Shown here piece after piece: positions 14,642-24,683 of a stretch of 64,000 nt of DNA. The notes below the pieces were generated by a model. That model worked only from the letters and a program-made list of their open reading frames with translations, ran no database searches and was not told the DNA's origin. A program made the translations under genes and the position numbers. Position 1 is the stretch's first letter; every line of letters begins with the position of its first letter. The DNA is from an uncultured Bacilli bacterium (GTDB taxonomy: Bacteria > Bacillota_I > Bacilli_A > RF39 > UBA660). The stretch is from NCBI GenBank assembly GCA_944329385.1, contig CALVIE010000002.1, positions 775 through 64,774 of the forward strand. Reading direction: 5' to 3'.

Positions 14642-15550
14642 ATGAAAAGAAAATTTTATTTTAAAGAAAATTTTATTGGTTTTATTGTAGGAGCGTTTGT
14701 TTTTAGTGTTGGAGGTGTTTTGGCGGTAACTTATTTTCCAAGTTCATCTACAGTTTATGATAATTCTGATAGTGGAATGACATCAACAAATGTTCAAGAT
14801 GCTGTGGATGAATTATATGAGGTTTGTTCTGCAAAACCTGCAGGAGAACAAATAATAGAAGATGCAGGATTAATAAAAGATCTTTATGAATGTAGATATT
14901 TTTTTACAGGGGCAAATCCTAATAATTATATAACATTTAATAATGAAATGGCTGGATGGAGAATTATGTCTGTAGAATGTGATGGTACTATAAAAATTAT
15001 AAAAAATGAAACGATTGGGAAAGCAGCTTGGAGCTCATTATTAAATACTTGGCAGAATGCATCACTTAATACAAAGTTAAACAGAGATTATTATAATGGA
15101 CTAAATTCTATAGCGCAAAACCAAATTGTCCAACATAATTGGAGTATAGGTTTAGTAACTTATGAAAATAATGATTTGGCAAATCAAATATATAACGAAA
15201 ATAGTGAGCAATGGACTGGTAAAATTGCGTTGCCAACTGTTAGTGAGTATATAAGAAGTAATAGTGATCAAAGTAGCTGTGGAACTTTTAGTAAAATAAA
15301 TGATAATACAAGAACATGTCAAGATAGCAGTTGGATGGTTATAAATAAACAATGGTGGACTTTATCAAAAGGTAATATTACTGATAGAGCTGTATATATA
15401 GTTAGTAATAATGGTGCTATATCTAGTATGGATGCTAGTTATTATAATGCTTATGTAGGTTATGAAGGAAGGCCGTCTTTCTATTTATCTGCAGATATTA
15501 AAATAATCGGTGGTGATGGTTCGCAAAGTAATCCATATATGATAGAGTAG
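14642..15550 (+). CDS. Membrane-anchored lectin-like protein (paralog of 2..274)
   Basis: An N-terminal TM helix and SGMTSTNVQDAVDELYEVC are followed by the C-terminal module WWTLS..RAVYIVSNNGAIS..GRPSFYL..GGDGSQSNPYMIE. Confidence 0.65.
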   Translation: MKRKFYFKENFIGFIVGAFVFSVGGVLAVTYFPSSSTVYDNSDSGMTSTNVQDAVDELYEVCSAKPAGEQIIEDAGLIKDLYECRYFFTGANPNNYITFNNEMAGWRIMSVECDGTIKIIKNETIGKAAWSSLLNTWQNASLNTKLNRDYYNGLNSIAQNQIVQHNWSIGLVTYENNDLANQIYNENSEQWTGKIALPTVSEYIRSNSDQSSCGTFSKINDNTRTCQDSSWMVINKQWWTLSKGNITDRAVYIVSNNGAISSMDASYYNAYVGYEGRPSFYLSADIKIIGGDGSQSNPYMIE

Positions 15551-15634
15551 ATTGTATTTTAAATAATGATGTTAATGTTTGTTTTAATAAAGGAATAAAA
15601 AGCAGAGTTGCTTCCAAAAAATGAAATAAAATTA

Positions 15635-15663
15635 TTGACAAACATATAATGAAATGATATATT
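15635..15663 (+). promoter_or_regulatory. Promoter of the str operon
   Basis: TTGACA (15635-15640), 17-nt spacer, TGa-TATATT extended -10 (15655-15663). Confidence 0.6.
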
Positions 15664-15759
15664 ATTTATGCATTTAATTTTAGGTTTACTTTTTAGTAAA
15701 TCTTTAATTAAGGAGAAAAATGAAACACCTGGGTATGTGTAATGGAAGGAGGTTAATTT

Positions 15760-16176
15760 ATGCCAACTATTAATCAACTTGTTAGAAAAAGAAGAGGTTC
15801 TAAAACAAAGAAAAGTAAATCACCCATGTTAAATATTGGATATAACAGCAAAGATAAAAAAGAAACAGTAAGTAATTCTCCACAAAAACGTGGTGTATGT
15901 ACTCGTGTTGGAACTAAAACACCAAAGAAACCGAACTCAGCTTTAAGAAAATATGCGCGTGTTAGACTTTCAAACGGAAGAGAAGTAGATACTTATATTC
16001 CAGGAGAAGGACATAACTTACAAGAACACAGTGTTGTACTTGTTCGTGGTGGACGTGTTAAAGACTTAATCGGTGTTCGTTATCACATTATTCGTGGTAC
16101 TATGGATACTGCTGGAGTTGATGCAAGAAGACAAGGCCGTTCTAAATACGGTGCTAAAAAACCAAAAAGTAAATAG
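15760..16176 (+). CDS. rpsL: 30S ribosomal protein S12
   Basis: [10 protein letters not shown]...[10 protein letters not shown]...[11 protein letters not shown]...[13 protein letters not shown]. Codon 104 is Ile where the family normally has Pro. Confidence 0.98.
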   Translation: MPTINQLVRKRRGSKTKKSKSPMLNIGYNSKDKKETVSNSPQKRGVCTRVGTKTPKKPNSALRKYARVRLSNGREVDTYIPGEGHNLQEHSVVLVRGGRVKDLIGVRYHIIRGTMDTAGVDARRQGRSKYGAKKPKSK

Positions 16177-16207
16177 TTTTTAAAATATAATTGGAAGGAG
16201 GATTATT

Positions 16208-16675
16208 ATGCGTAAAAGAAGAGCTGAAAAAAGAGATGTTTTACCAGATCCAATTTACAAATCTAAAGTTGTTACTAAGTTAATCAATCAAATTATGTTA
16301 GATGGTAAAAAAGGAACTGCACAAACAATTCTTTATGATGCGTTTGATATGGTTAAAGAAAAAACTGGCGCTGAACCAACAGAAGTATTTAATAAAGCTT
16401 TAGAAAATATCAAACCAGCTTTAGAAGTCAAAACAAGAAGAGTAGGCGGAGCAAATTATCCAGTACCTATTGAAGTTAGACCTGATAGAGCTCAAGCTTT
16501 AGGATTACGTTGGCTTGTTAATTATGCTAGATTAAGAGGCGGACATTCTATGGCTGAAAATTTAGCTAATGAAATAATTGATGCTTCTAACGGTGTAGGA
16601 GCTGCAGTTAAAAAACGTGAGGAAACTCATAGAATGGCAGAAGCTAATAAAGCATTTGCTCATTATAGATGGTAA
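16208..16675 (+). CDS. rpsG: 30S ribosomal protein S7
   Basis: 155 aa with ...[26 protein letters not shown]...KAFAHYRW. Confidence 0.98.
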   Translation: MRKRRAEKRDVLPDPIYKSKVVTKLINQIMLDGKKGTAQTILYDAFDMVKEKTGAEPTEVFNKALENIKPALEVKTRRVGGANYPVPIEVRPDRAQALGLRWLVNYARLRGGHSMAENLANEIIDASNGVGAAVKKREETHRMAEANKAFAHYRW

Positions 16676-16690
16676 GAAAGGAAATAAAAT

Positions 16691-18763
16691 ATGGCTCGTG
16701 AATATAGTTTAGAAAAAACTCGTAATATTGGAATCATGGCCCACATTGATGCAGGTAAAACTACATGTACTGAAAGAATTTTATTCCATACTCATAAGAT
16801 TCACAAAATTGGTGAAACTCACGATGGTGAATCACAAATGGACTGGATGGAACAAGAACAAGAACGTGGTATTACTATTACATCAGCTGCAACAACTGCA
16901 TATTGGAATGGCTATAGATTAAATATTATCGACACTCCAGGACACGTTGACTTTACTGTTGAAGTTCAAAGAAGTTTACGTGTACTAGATGGTGCAGTTG
17001 CTTTAATTGACGCCCAAGCAGGTGTTGAACCACAAACTGAAACAGTTTGGAGACAAGCAACTGAATATAATGTTCCTAGAATGATTTTTGCCAACAAAAT
17101 GGATAAAATGGGAGCAGATTTTGAATTTAGTTTAAAAAGTATTGATGAGCGTTTAGGTGTTAATGCTAAACCAATTGAATGGCCTATTGGAGCTGAAAGT
17201 GATTTCAATGGTGTAATTGATTTAGTTACTAAAACTGCTTATAAATATGATGGTAAACCAGAAGAAAATCCAGAAATCATTGATATTCCTGCTGACTTAG
17301 TAGATGTAGTTGAAGAAAAACGTAATGACTTAATCGAAGCGGTTGCTGAATTTGACGATGATTTAATGAATAAATATTTAGAAGGTGAAGAAGTTTCAGT
17401 AGATGAAATTAAAGCAGCTATTAGAAAAGGAACTTTAGCTGTTAAATTCTTCCCAGTTATGTGTGGTACAGCACTTGGAAATAAAGGTATTAAATTATTA
17501 CTTGATGCGGTTGTTGATTATTTACCAGCACCTACTGATGTAGAAGCTATCGAAGGTGTTGATATGAATGGTAATGAGATCAAAAGAGCACCTAGTGATA
17601 AAGAGCCTTTCTCAGCTTTAGCATTTAAAGTTATGACTGATCCATTTGTTGGACGTTTAACTTTCGTTAGAGTATATTCTGGTCATTTATCTAATGGTTC
17701 ATATGTACTTAATTCAAATAAAGATAAAAAGGAAAGAGTAGGACGTATCTTACAGATGCATGCGAACCACAGACAAGAAATTACAGATATTTATACTGGT
17801 GATATTGCAGCAGTTGTCGGACTTAAGAACACAACTACTGGAGATACTTTATGTGATGAAAAACATGCTTGTATTTTAGCTCCTATGGAATTTCCTGAAC
17901 CAGTTATTGAACTTGCTGTTGAACCAAAATCTAAAGATGACCAAGATAAGATGGCTTTAGCTTTACAAAAATTATCTGAAGAAGATCCAACATTTAGAGC
18001 TACTACTGATCATGAAACTGGTCAAACAATTATAGCCGGTGTTGGTGAGTTACACCTAGATATTATAATTGACAGAATGAAAAGAGAATTCGGCGTTGAA
18101 GCTAATGTTGGTAACCCACAAGTTGCTTATAGAGAAACTATTAAACAAAAAGGTGACTGTGAAGGAAAATATATCAAACAATCAGGTGGACGTGGACAAT
18201 ATGGACATGTTTGGGTTGAATTTGAACCAAATCCTGGTAAAGGTTATGAATTTGTCGACGCTATTGTTGGTGGTGTAGTTCCAAGAGAATACATCCCAGT
18301 AGTAGATAAAGGACTTCAAGAAGCTATGGAATCTGGCATATTAGCAGGATTCCCAGTAATCGATGTAAAAGCTACTTTACACGATGGTTCATATCATGAT
18401 GTTGACTCATCAGAAATGGCCTTTAAAGTTGCAGCATCACTAGCTTTAAAAGAAGCTAAAAATAAATGTAACCCTGTTATTTTAGAGCCAATCATGAGCG
18501 TTGAGGTAACTGTTCCAGATGAATTTTTAGGAACTGTTATGGGTGACATCACGGCTAGACGTGGTAGACCAATGGGTCAAAGATCACGTGGTAATGCATT
18601 AAGTATTGATGCGATGGTACCACTTTCAGAAATGTTTGGTTATGTAACAAGTTTACGTTCTAATACACAAGGTAGGGGAAACTTTTCAATGAAGTTTGAT
18701 CATTATGAAGAAGTACCTAAAAATATCGCTGAAGATATTATCAAAAAAAATGGCGGAAACTAA
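16691..18763 (+). CDS. fusA: Elongation factor G
   Basis: GTPase motifs [17 protein letters not shown] and NKMD. The protein is 690 aa and sits in the str operon. Confidence 0.98.
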   Translation: MAREYSLEKTRNIGIMAHIDAGKTTCTERILFHTHKIHKIGETHDGESQMDWMEQEQERGITITSAATTAYWNGYRLNIIDTPGHVDFTVEVQRSLRVLDGAVALIDAQAGVEPQTETVWRQATEYNVPRMIFANKMDKMGADFEFSLKSIDERLGVNAKPIEWPIGAESDFNGVIDLVTKTAYKYDGKPEENPEIIDIPADLVDVVEEKRNDLIEAVAEFDDDLMNKYLEGEEVSVDEIKAAIRKGTLAVKFFPVMCGTALGNKGIKLLLDAVVDYLPAPTDVEAIEGVDMNGNEIKRAPSDKEPFSALAFKVMTDPFVGRLTFVRVYSGHLSNGSYVLNSNKDKKERVGRILQMHANHRQEITDIYTGDIAAVVGLKNTTTGDTLCDEKHACILAPMEFPEPVIELAVEPKSKDDQDKMALALQKLSEEDPTFRATTDHETGQTIIAGVGELHLDIIIDRMKREFGVEANVGNPQVAYRETIKQKGDCEGKYIKQSGGRGQYGHVWVEFEPNPGKGYEFVDAIVGGVVPREYIPVVDKGLQEAMESGILAGFPVIDVKATLHDGSYHDVDSSEMAFKVAASLALKEAKNKCNPVILEPIMSVEVTVPDEFLGTVMGDITARRGRPMGQRSRGNALSIDAMVPLSEMFGYVTSLRSNTQGRGNFSMKFDHYEEVPKNIAEDIIKKNGGN

Positions 18764-18773
18764 ATTAAAACAG

Positions 18774-18802
18774 TTGAAATTTTAGTTTAGTCATGTTAAA
18801 AT
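18774..18802 (+). promoter_or_regulatory. Internal promoter for tuf
   Basis: TTGAAA (18774-18779), 17-nt spacer, TGt-TAAAAT extended -10. Confidence 0.5.
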
Positions 18803-18835
18803 GTTTAATGAAATAAGAAAAAGGAGGAAATTAAA

Positions 18836-20026
18836 ATGGCAAAAGAAAAATTTGACCGTTCTAAACCACATGTTAATATTGGTACTATTGGACACGTTGA
18901 CCATGGTAAAACAACATTAACTGCGGCTATTACAAAATATTTATCAGATCAAAATCCAAAATGGGCTAAATTCGAAGCTTATGCTGATATCGATAAAGCT
19001 CCAGAAGAAAGAGAAAGAGGTATTACTATTAATACTGCTCATATTGAATATGAGACAGCTAATAGACACTATGCTCACGTTGACTGCCCAGGCCACGCTG
19101 ACTATGTTAAAAACATGATCACTGGTGCTGCTCAAATGGATGGTGCTATCTTAGTTATTGCGGCTACTGATGGACCTATGGCACAAACTCGTGAACACAT
19201 CTTACTATCTCGTCAAGTTGGAGTACCTCGTATGGTTGTATTCTTAAACAAATGCGATATGGTAGATGATGAAGAATTATTAGACTTAGTTGAAATGGAA
19301 GTTCGTGAACTATTAACTGAATATGGTTATGATGGCGACAATACTCCAATCATCAGAGGTTCTGCTTTAAAAGCTTTAGAAGGAGACGCTAATTATGAAG
19401 CTAAAATTGGTGAATTAATGGATGCTGTTGATTCATGGATTGAAACTCCAGTTCGTGATAATGACAAACCATTCTTAATGCCAATTGAAGATGTATTCAC
19501 TATCACTGGACGTGGTACAGTTGTTACTGGACGTGTTGAACGTGGTGAATTAAAATTAAATGAAGAAGTTGAAATCGTTGGTCTTAAACCTACTAAGAAA
19601 ACAGTTGTTACTGGTATCGAAATGTTTAGAAAACAATTAGACTTCACTGAAGCTGGAGATAATACTGGTTTATTACTTCGTGGTGTTTCACGTGACGAAG
19701 TTGAAAGAGGACAAGTTATTGCTAAACCAGGATCAGTTACTCCACATACTAAGTTCAAAGCTCAAGTTTATGTACTTAGTAAAGAAGAAGGTGGAAGACA
19801 TACTCCATTCTTCAGTAACTACCGTCCACAATTCTACTTCCGTACAACTGATGTAACTGGTGTTATTGAACTACCTGAAGGTGTTGAAATGGTAATGCCT
19901 GGTGACAATGTTGAAATGACAGTAGAATTAATCGCACCAATCGCTATTGAAAATGGTACTAAATTCTCTATCCGTGAAGGTGGTAGAACAGTTGGTGCTG
20001 GTAACGTTTCAGAAGTTATCGAATAA
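18836..20026 (+). CDS. tuf: Elongation factor Tu
   Basis: [17 protein letters not shown] and NKCD. The protein is 396 aa. Confidence 0.98.
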   Translation: MAKEKFDRSKPHVNIGTIGHVDHGKTTLTAAITKYLSDQNPKWAKFEAYADIDKAPEERERGITINTAHIEYETANRHYAHVDCPGHADYVKNMITGAAQMDGAILVIAATDGPMAQTREHILLSRQVGVPRMVVFLNKCDMVDDEELLDLVEMEVRELLTEYGYDGDNTPIIRGSALKALEGDANYEAKIGELMDAVDSWIETPVRDNDKPFLMPIEDVFTITGRGTVVTGRVERGELKLNEEVEIVGLKPTKKTVVTGIEMFRKQLDFTEAGDNTGLLLRGVSRDEVERGQVIAKPGSVTPHTKFKAQVYVLSKEEGGRHTPFFSNYRPQFYFRTTDVTGVIELPEGVEMVMPGDNVEMTVELIAPIAIENGTKFSIREGGRTVGAGNVSEVIE

Positions 20027-20042
20027 TAAATGTTTATTAAAA

Positions 20043-20067
20043 TCAGAGATTTGTTCTCTGGTTTTTT
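20043..20067 (+). terminator. Rho-independent terminator of tuf
   Basis: Stem cagaga/tctctg followed by a T6 run. Confidence 0.75.
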
Positions 20068-20114
20068 CTTGCTTTATTTTTGTTTTTATTGTATATTTAT
20101 AATAGGGAGGAATA

Positions 20115-20486
20115 ATGATGAGTAAAAAGGGACTTAATAAAGAAGTTAAAAATTATGAGAGAAATGTAACAATTGTTTTAGTTGTTTTAACGGCTATTAG
20201 TTTAATAATTGATTTTATTGCATATACTGGTATGGTGTATAGTGATAAAGTAATGTATGAAACTAATACTTTAAGGACTGTAATGAATAGTGGTTTATTT
20301 ATGTTTTTAATATGGGTAGATAATATTGCTATTTATATAACTAATTTATTTTATTTTGCTGGTATTATAGATTCTAAACGTGATATGATTGTTAAAATTG
20401 CTTTTATGATTTTCTCTGTTCTTTCAACAATTTTGATCAATCTTCAAATTGTTAATTTAATAGCTGATTTATTTGGAATATTTTAA
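20115..20486 (+). CDS. Small membrane protein, unknown function
   Basis: 123 aa with three or four hydrophobic helices. RBS gggagg lies upstream. Confidence 0.5.
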   Translation: MMSKKGLNKEVKNYERNVTIVLVVLTAISLIIDFIAYTGMVYSDKVMYETNTLRTVMNSGLFMFLIWVDNIAIYITNLFYFAGIIDSKRDMIVKIAFMIFSVLSTILINLQIVNLIADLFGIF

Positions 20487-20655
20487 AAGATAATATGTTA
20501 AAGAAGTGTGGCGTAAATATAAAGTGTTATTTTAAATTTGCGTTATTATATTATTATTTTCTGATTGATAGAAGAAATTTTTATGTTACAATAAGCTATA
20601 TTTGATATTTGTCACTTGTGAATTTTTACAAGTGCTTTTAATATTGGCTATTTTA

Positions 20656-20684
20656 TTGACTTTTATCTTTAAAACCAATATAAT
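20656..20684 (+). promoter_or_regulatory. Promoter of hisS-aspS
   Basis: TTGACT, 17-nt spacer, TATAAT (20679-20684), about 25 nt upstream of the hisS start. Confidence 0.6.
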
Positions 20685-20709
20685 TTTAGATAGTGAAAGG
20701 GTGTTTATT

Positions 20710-21990
20710 ATGTTACAAAAACCAAAAGGAACTTATGATATATATGGTGATAAGGCTTTAATTTATCTTTATTTTAGAAAACTAGTGGAAGCTTTAATGG
20801 ATAAGTATAATGCGAAATTTGTAGAAACTCCTATATTTGAAACTGGCGAACTTTTTCATAGAGGAGTAGGAGAAACTACGGATATTGTTAGTAAAGAAAC
20901 TTACGATTTTAAAGATAGAGGAGATAGAAATTTAACTTTAAGGCCAGAAGGAACTGCGGGTGTTGTTAGATGTTTTATTGAAAACAAGTTATATGCGGAA
21001 AATTTACCTTTAAAGGCTTGGTATTTAGGACCAATGTTTAGATACGAAAGACCACAAGCTGGTAGACATAGAGAGTTTTATCAATTTGGTTTTGAAGCTT
21101 TTGGATCTAGCGATCCTATGATGGATGCGGAAGTTATTGGGATTGTCTATAATTTATTTAAAATTCTCGGTTTAAAAGGCATAAGTGTGAATATAAATAC
21201 TTTAGGGGATAAGGAGTCTAGAGAAAATTATAGAAAAGCTTTGCTTGATTATTTTAAGCCTTATTTAAATGATTTGTGTGATGATTGCAGAAGAAGATAT
21301 GAAAAGAATCCACTTCGCATTTTAGATTGTAAGGTGGATAGTGAAAAAGATATGATGAAAGATGCTCCAAAAATGGTGGATTATTTGAATGAAGAAAGTA
21401 AAGAACATTTTGATAAAGTTTTAAAATATTTATCTGATATGAATATTAGTTATAAGGTAAATTCTAATATTGTTAGAGGCCTTGATTATTATACGCATAC
21501 AGTTTTTGAGGTTCAAGCTGATATAGATGGTTTTGGAGCCCAAAATACTTTGGCAGCAGGTGGAAGGTATGATCATTTAGTAGAGTTTATTGGTGGCCCT
21601 AGCACGCCTGGTGTTGGCTTTGCTTTAGGTTTAGAGAGATTATTTTTGGCTTTGGAAAAAGAAAATATTGATATTAAAGAAATAGTTAACCCTGATGTTT
21701 ATATTTTTAGTGTGGGTGATGAATTTAAAGGGAATGTTTTAAGTTTAGCTAATGATTTAAGAATGGCTGGGTTTAATGTAGAGATTGATTATAATAGTAA
21801 AAGCTTTAAAAGTAATTTTAAAAAAGCTGATAATCTTTTAGTACATTTTATTATAATTATTGGTGAAGAGGAAGTTAATAGTAAAATTTTGACTGTTAAA
21901 AATAATAAAACTAAAGAGGAATATAAAGTTAAATTAAACGAGATAATTGAATTTTTAGATGAAAAATTAGGTGATGAAGATGAAAATTAG
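20710..21990 (+). CDS. hisS: Histidine--tRNA ligase
   Basis: Class II motifs RPEGTAGVVR, FRYERPQAGRHREFYQFG and AAGGRYD. ATG at 20710 follows RBS gaaagggtg. The tracked ORF start at 20602 covers the promoter and is rejected. Confidence 0.95.
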   Translation: MLQKPKGTYDIYGDKALIYLYFRKLVEALMDKYNAKFVETPIFETGELFHRGVGETTDIVSKETYDFKDRGDRNLTLRPEGTAGVVRCFIENKLYAENLPLKAWYLGPMFRYERPQAGRHREFYQFGFEAFGSSDPMMDAEVIGIVYNLFKILGLKGISVNINTLGDKESRENYRKALLDYFKPYLNDLCDDCRRRYEKNPLRILDCKVDSEKDMMKDAPKMVDYLNEESKEHFDKVLKYLSDMNISYKVNSNIVRGLDYYTHTVFEVQADIDGFGAQNTLAAGGRYDHLVEFIGGPSTPGVGFALGLERLFLALEKENIDIKEIVNPDVYIFSVGDEFKGNVLSLANDLRMAGFNVEIDYNSKSFKSNFKKADNLLVHFIIIIGEEEVNSKILTVKNNKTKEEYKVKLNEIIEFLDEKLGDEDEN

Positions 21991-23704
21991 CAATACTAGT
22001 TTGAATAAAAAAAATGTTGGTGATATTGTTACTCTTTATGGTTGGGTTAATAAAAAAAGAGATTTAGGTGGTCTTATTTTTATTGATTTAAGAGATAGAA
22101 GTGGTATTATACAGTTAGTTATTAATCCGGAAAGTAAAATATATGAGCTTGCTTCAACTTTAAAAAATGAGTATGTTATTAAGGTTAGTGGTGAGGTTGT
22201 TTTAAGAAAAGAGGCAAATAAAAATCTAAAAACAGGTGAAATTGAAATCGAAGTAAATAATATGAATATTTTAAATAAATCTTGGGATTTACCATTTGAT
22301 TTAAATAATATGACGGCTTTAGAAGATACGAGATTAAAATATCGTTATTTGGATTTAAGAAGAGAAGAGTTAAAAAATAATTTAATTGTAAGACATAAAG
22401 TTCTACAAAGTGTAAGAAGTTATTTAAATTCTTTAGATTTTTTAGAGATTGAAACACCAATTCTTTGTAAGTCAACGCCAGAAGGAGCTAGAGATTATTT
22501 GGTACCATCTAGAGTAAATAAAGGTTGTTTTTATGCTTTACCACAGTCCCCACAACTTTTTAAACAAATTTTGATGATGGGTGGTTTAGAAAAATATTAT
22601 CAAATTGCCAGATGTTTTAGAGATGAGGATTTAAGAGCAGATAGACAGCCAGAATTTACGCAAATAGATATGGAAATGAGTTTTTTATCGCAAGATGAGA
22701 TTATGAGTATTACTGAGGGATTACTTTATAATGTTTTTAAAGATGTGAAAGGAATAGAAATTGATTTACCAATTAATCGAATGACTTATGATGAAGCAAT
22801 TAATTTATATGGTTCTGATAAACCTGATTTAAGATTTGAAAATAAAATTTATGATATTACTTTGGATTTTAAGGAAAGTGATTTTAGTTTATTTAATAAT
22901 ATTATTAATGAAGGTGGAATTATTAATGCTTTAGTTTTTAATGCAGCGGATAAGTATTCTAGGAAAGATATTGATAAGTTAGGTGAGTATGTAAAAATTT
23001 ATGGGGCTAAGGCACTTGCTTTTCTTAAATATAATGGGAATTTTTCAGGAAGTATTTCGAAGTTTGTGAATGAGAAAATTGGTGATAGTTTAATTAAAAA
23101 ATTAGCTTTAAAAGATAATGATTTAATTTTAATTATTGCTGGTGATAGAAAAATGGTTAAGACTTCTTTAGGTGCTTTAAGGTGTAAAATGGCTAAAGAT
23201 TTGAATTTAATTGATAAAGATAAATTTGCTTTTACTTGGGTTACGGATTTTCCGATGTTTGAATATAGCAGTGATGAGAAAAGATATATTGCTTGTCATC
23301 ATCCGTTTACTTTACCAAAGAATATTAATAGTTTATCTGATAAAGAAAATGCGAAGGCTTATGCTTATGATATTGTTATAAATGGTTATGAAGCTGGAGG
23401 CGGAAGTCTTAGAATTTATGATCCTGATATGCAGGAAAAAGTTTTAGAAGAACTTGGGTTTAGTAAGGAAAGTGCTATGGCACAATTTGGATTTTTAATT
23501 AATGCTTTGAATTTTGGATGTCCACCTCATGGAGGGCTTGCTTTAGGCTTAGAGAGATTAGTTATGATTTTATGTGGTACAGAAAATATTCGTGATGTTA
23601 TTGCTTTTCCTAAGACGACTAGTGCTTCTTGTTTGATGAGTGATGCACCTAGTGAGGTTTCTTTAAAACAATTAGATGAGTTACATATAAAACTTAGTGA
23701 ATAG
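21974..23704 (+). CDS. aspS: Aspartate--tRNA ligase
   Basis: OB-fold N-terminus, FRDEDLRADRQPEFTQIDMEMSF, GGGSLRI and GLERLVM. It overlaps the hisS stop. The start is ATG 21974 or 21980. Confidence 0.95.
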   Translation: MKMKISNTSLNKKNVGDIVTLYGWVNKKRDLGGLIFIDLRDRSGIIQLVINPESKIYELASTLKNEYVIKVSGEVVLRKEANKNLKTGEIEIEVNNMNILNKSWDLPFDLNNMTALEDTRLKYRYLDLRREELKNNLIVRHKVLQSVRSYLNSLDFLEIETPILCKSTPEGARDYLVPSRVNKGCFYALPQSPQLFKQILMMGGLEKYYQIARCFRDEDLRADRQPEFTQIDMEMSFLSQDEIMSITEGLLYNVFKDVKGIEIDLPINRMTYDEAINLYGSDKPDLRFENKIYDITLDFKESDFSLFNNIINEGGIINALVFNAADKYSRKDIDKLGEYVKIYGAKALAFLKYNGNFSGSISKFVNEKIGDSLIKKLALKDNDLILIIAGDRKMVKTSLGALRCKMAKDLNLIDKDKFAFTWVTDFPMFEYSSDEKRYIACHHPFTLPKNINSLSDKENAKAYAYDIVINGYEAGGGSLRIYDPDMQEKVLEELGFSKESAMAQFGFLINALNFGCPPHGGLALGLERLVMILCGTENIRDVIAFPKTTSASCLMSDAPSEVSLKQLDELHIKLSE

Positions 23705-23727
23705 GTGCTTTGAGATAGGGTGATTAT

Positions 23728-24672
23728 ATGCGTGATTATTTGATATATGAAATGCTTAGTGATAAACTTTGTATTCAAGATGAAGCTTTAAGAAAATTAA
23801 TATGGGTTTTAGATAAAAATTTTAATTTTGGTGATGATTTTAAACAGAATATTTTGCTTGTTGGAAAAAGAGGAAGCGGTAAAACAACAATGCTTAAGAA
23901 AGTTGCTGAAGTAATGGAAATTCCAGTTGGTGAAGTTTATAATATGTTTATACCTGGTGGTTTTAATGTGGATTTATTTATAAATGGAATATATCAAATG
24001 ACAGAGTGTTGTAATGATAATCACGGTATTTTACTTTTGCACGATTTTCAAAATAGTTTTATTTATGGTGCTAGTGATAGTTTTAATGCTATGGTTTCTT
24101 CTGGAGTTATTCAGATAGGTGAAAATGATCGTTATGATATTTCTAATATTACTTTTGTTGGTGAGATAGATACTAATAATGCAACAGATTTATTTCCAAA
24201 GGATGTAGATTTTTTAGAAGAATTTAAGAATTATAGATTTATGTCACCTACACTTAATATTTTGCATGAAAATTTATCTGATGATAATACTATTTATACA
24301 GATGAAGATAATAATTTAGTAGCAAGTTTTGGACTTGAAAGATATTTGGCTAGTAAGATTAGAGAGAGGTTTTTATCTGTGCACTGTAAAAATGCTTTTG
24401 GTGAGAAAATTTATATGAATGATATGAATTTAGATGAAATATTAAATGCTTTAAAGTCACCTATTTCGGCTTTAAATTTATATCGTAATGATTTAAATAA
24501 TGAATATTTTTATTCTGAAAATTTTGTTAGAAAAGTGGCATGTCAAATTATGGAAAGTGGTGAAGGGCTTCATTATGTGAGAAGAGCTGCTTCTGATACT
24601 ATTTATCATGATTTTAAAGCTGATAGTAAAATTTTGAAAAAAGAGTCTTTACTTAGAGTTAATAAAAAGTAG
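23728..24672 (+). CDS. ClpX-like AAA+ fold protein with degenerate Walker B, paralog A
   Basis: Walker A VGKRGSGKTT. The Walker B position reads GILLLHDFQN, with no DE pair. The C-terminal helical lid resembles ClpX (...LDEILNALKSPISALNLY). Confidence 0.6.
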   Translation: MRDYLIYEMLSDKLCIQDEALRKLIWVLDKNFNFGDDFKQNILLVGKRGSGKTTMLKKVAEVMEIPVGEVYNMFIPGGFNVDLFINGIYQMTECCNDNHGILLLHDFQNSFIYGASDSFNAMVSSGVIQIGENDRYDISNITFVGEIDTNNATDLFPKDVDFLEEFKNYRFMSPTLNILHENLSDDNTIYTDEDNNLVASFGLERYLASKIRERFLSVHCKNAFGEKIYMNDMNLDEILNALKSPISALNLYRNDLNNEYFYSENFVRKVACQIMESGEGLHYVRRAASDTIYHDFKADSKILKKESLLRVNKK

Positions 24673-24683
24673 TGGGTGATTTT

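Noticed and set aside
15559-15777. A 72-aa minus-strand ORF upstream of rpsL.
   Set aside because: It overlaps the str-operon promoter, leader and rpsL start, and shows no coding signal.
20500-20709. An expected T-box leader upstream of hisS-aspS.
   Set aside because: The consensus promoter lies only ~25 nt from the hisS start. No T-box sequence (AGGGUGGUACCGCG-like) or specifier/antiterminator architecture is visible. The hairpin at about 20613-20640 looks like a terminator for the upstream gene.
20602-20709. The N-terminal extension of the tracked hisS ORF (TTG start, MIFVTCEFLQ...).
   Set aside because: It covers the promoter and a hairpin. Homology to HisRS starts at MLQKPKGTYD, which follows a good RBS.
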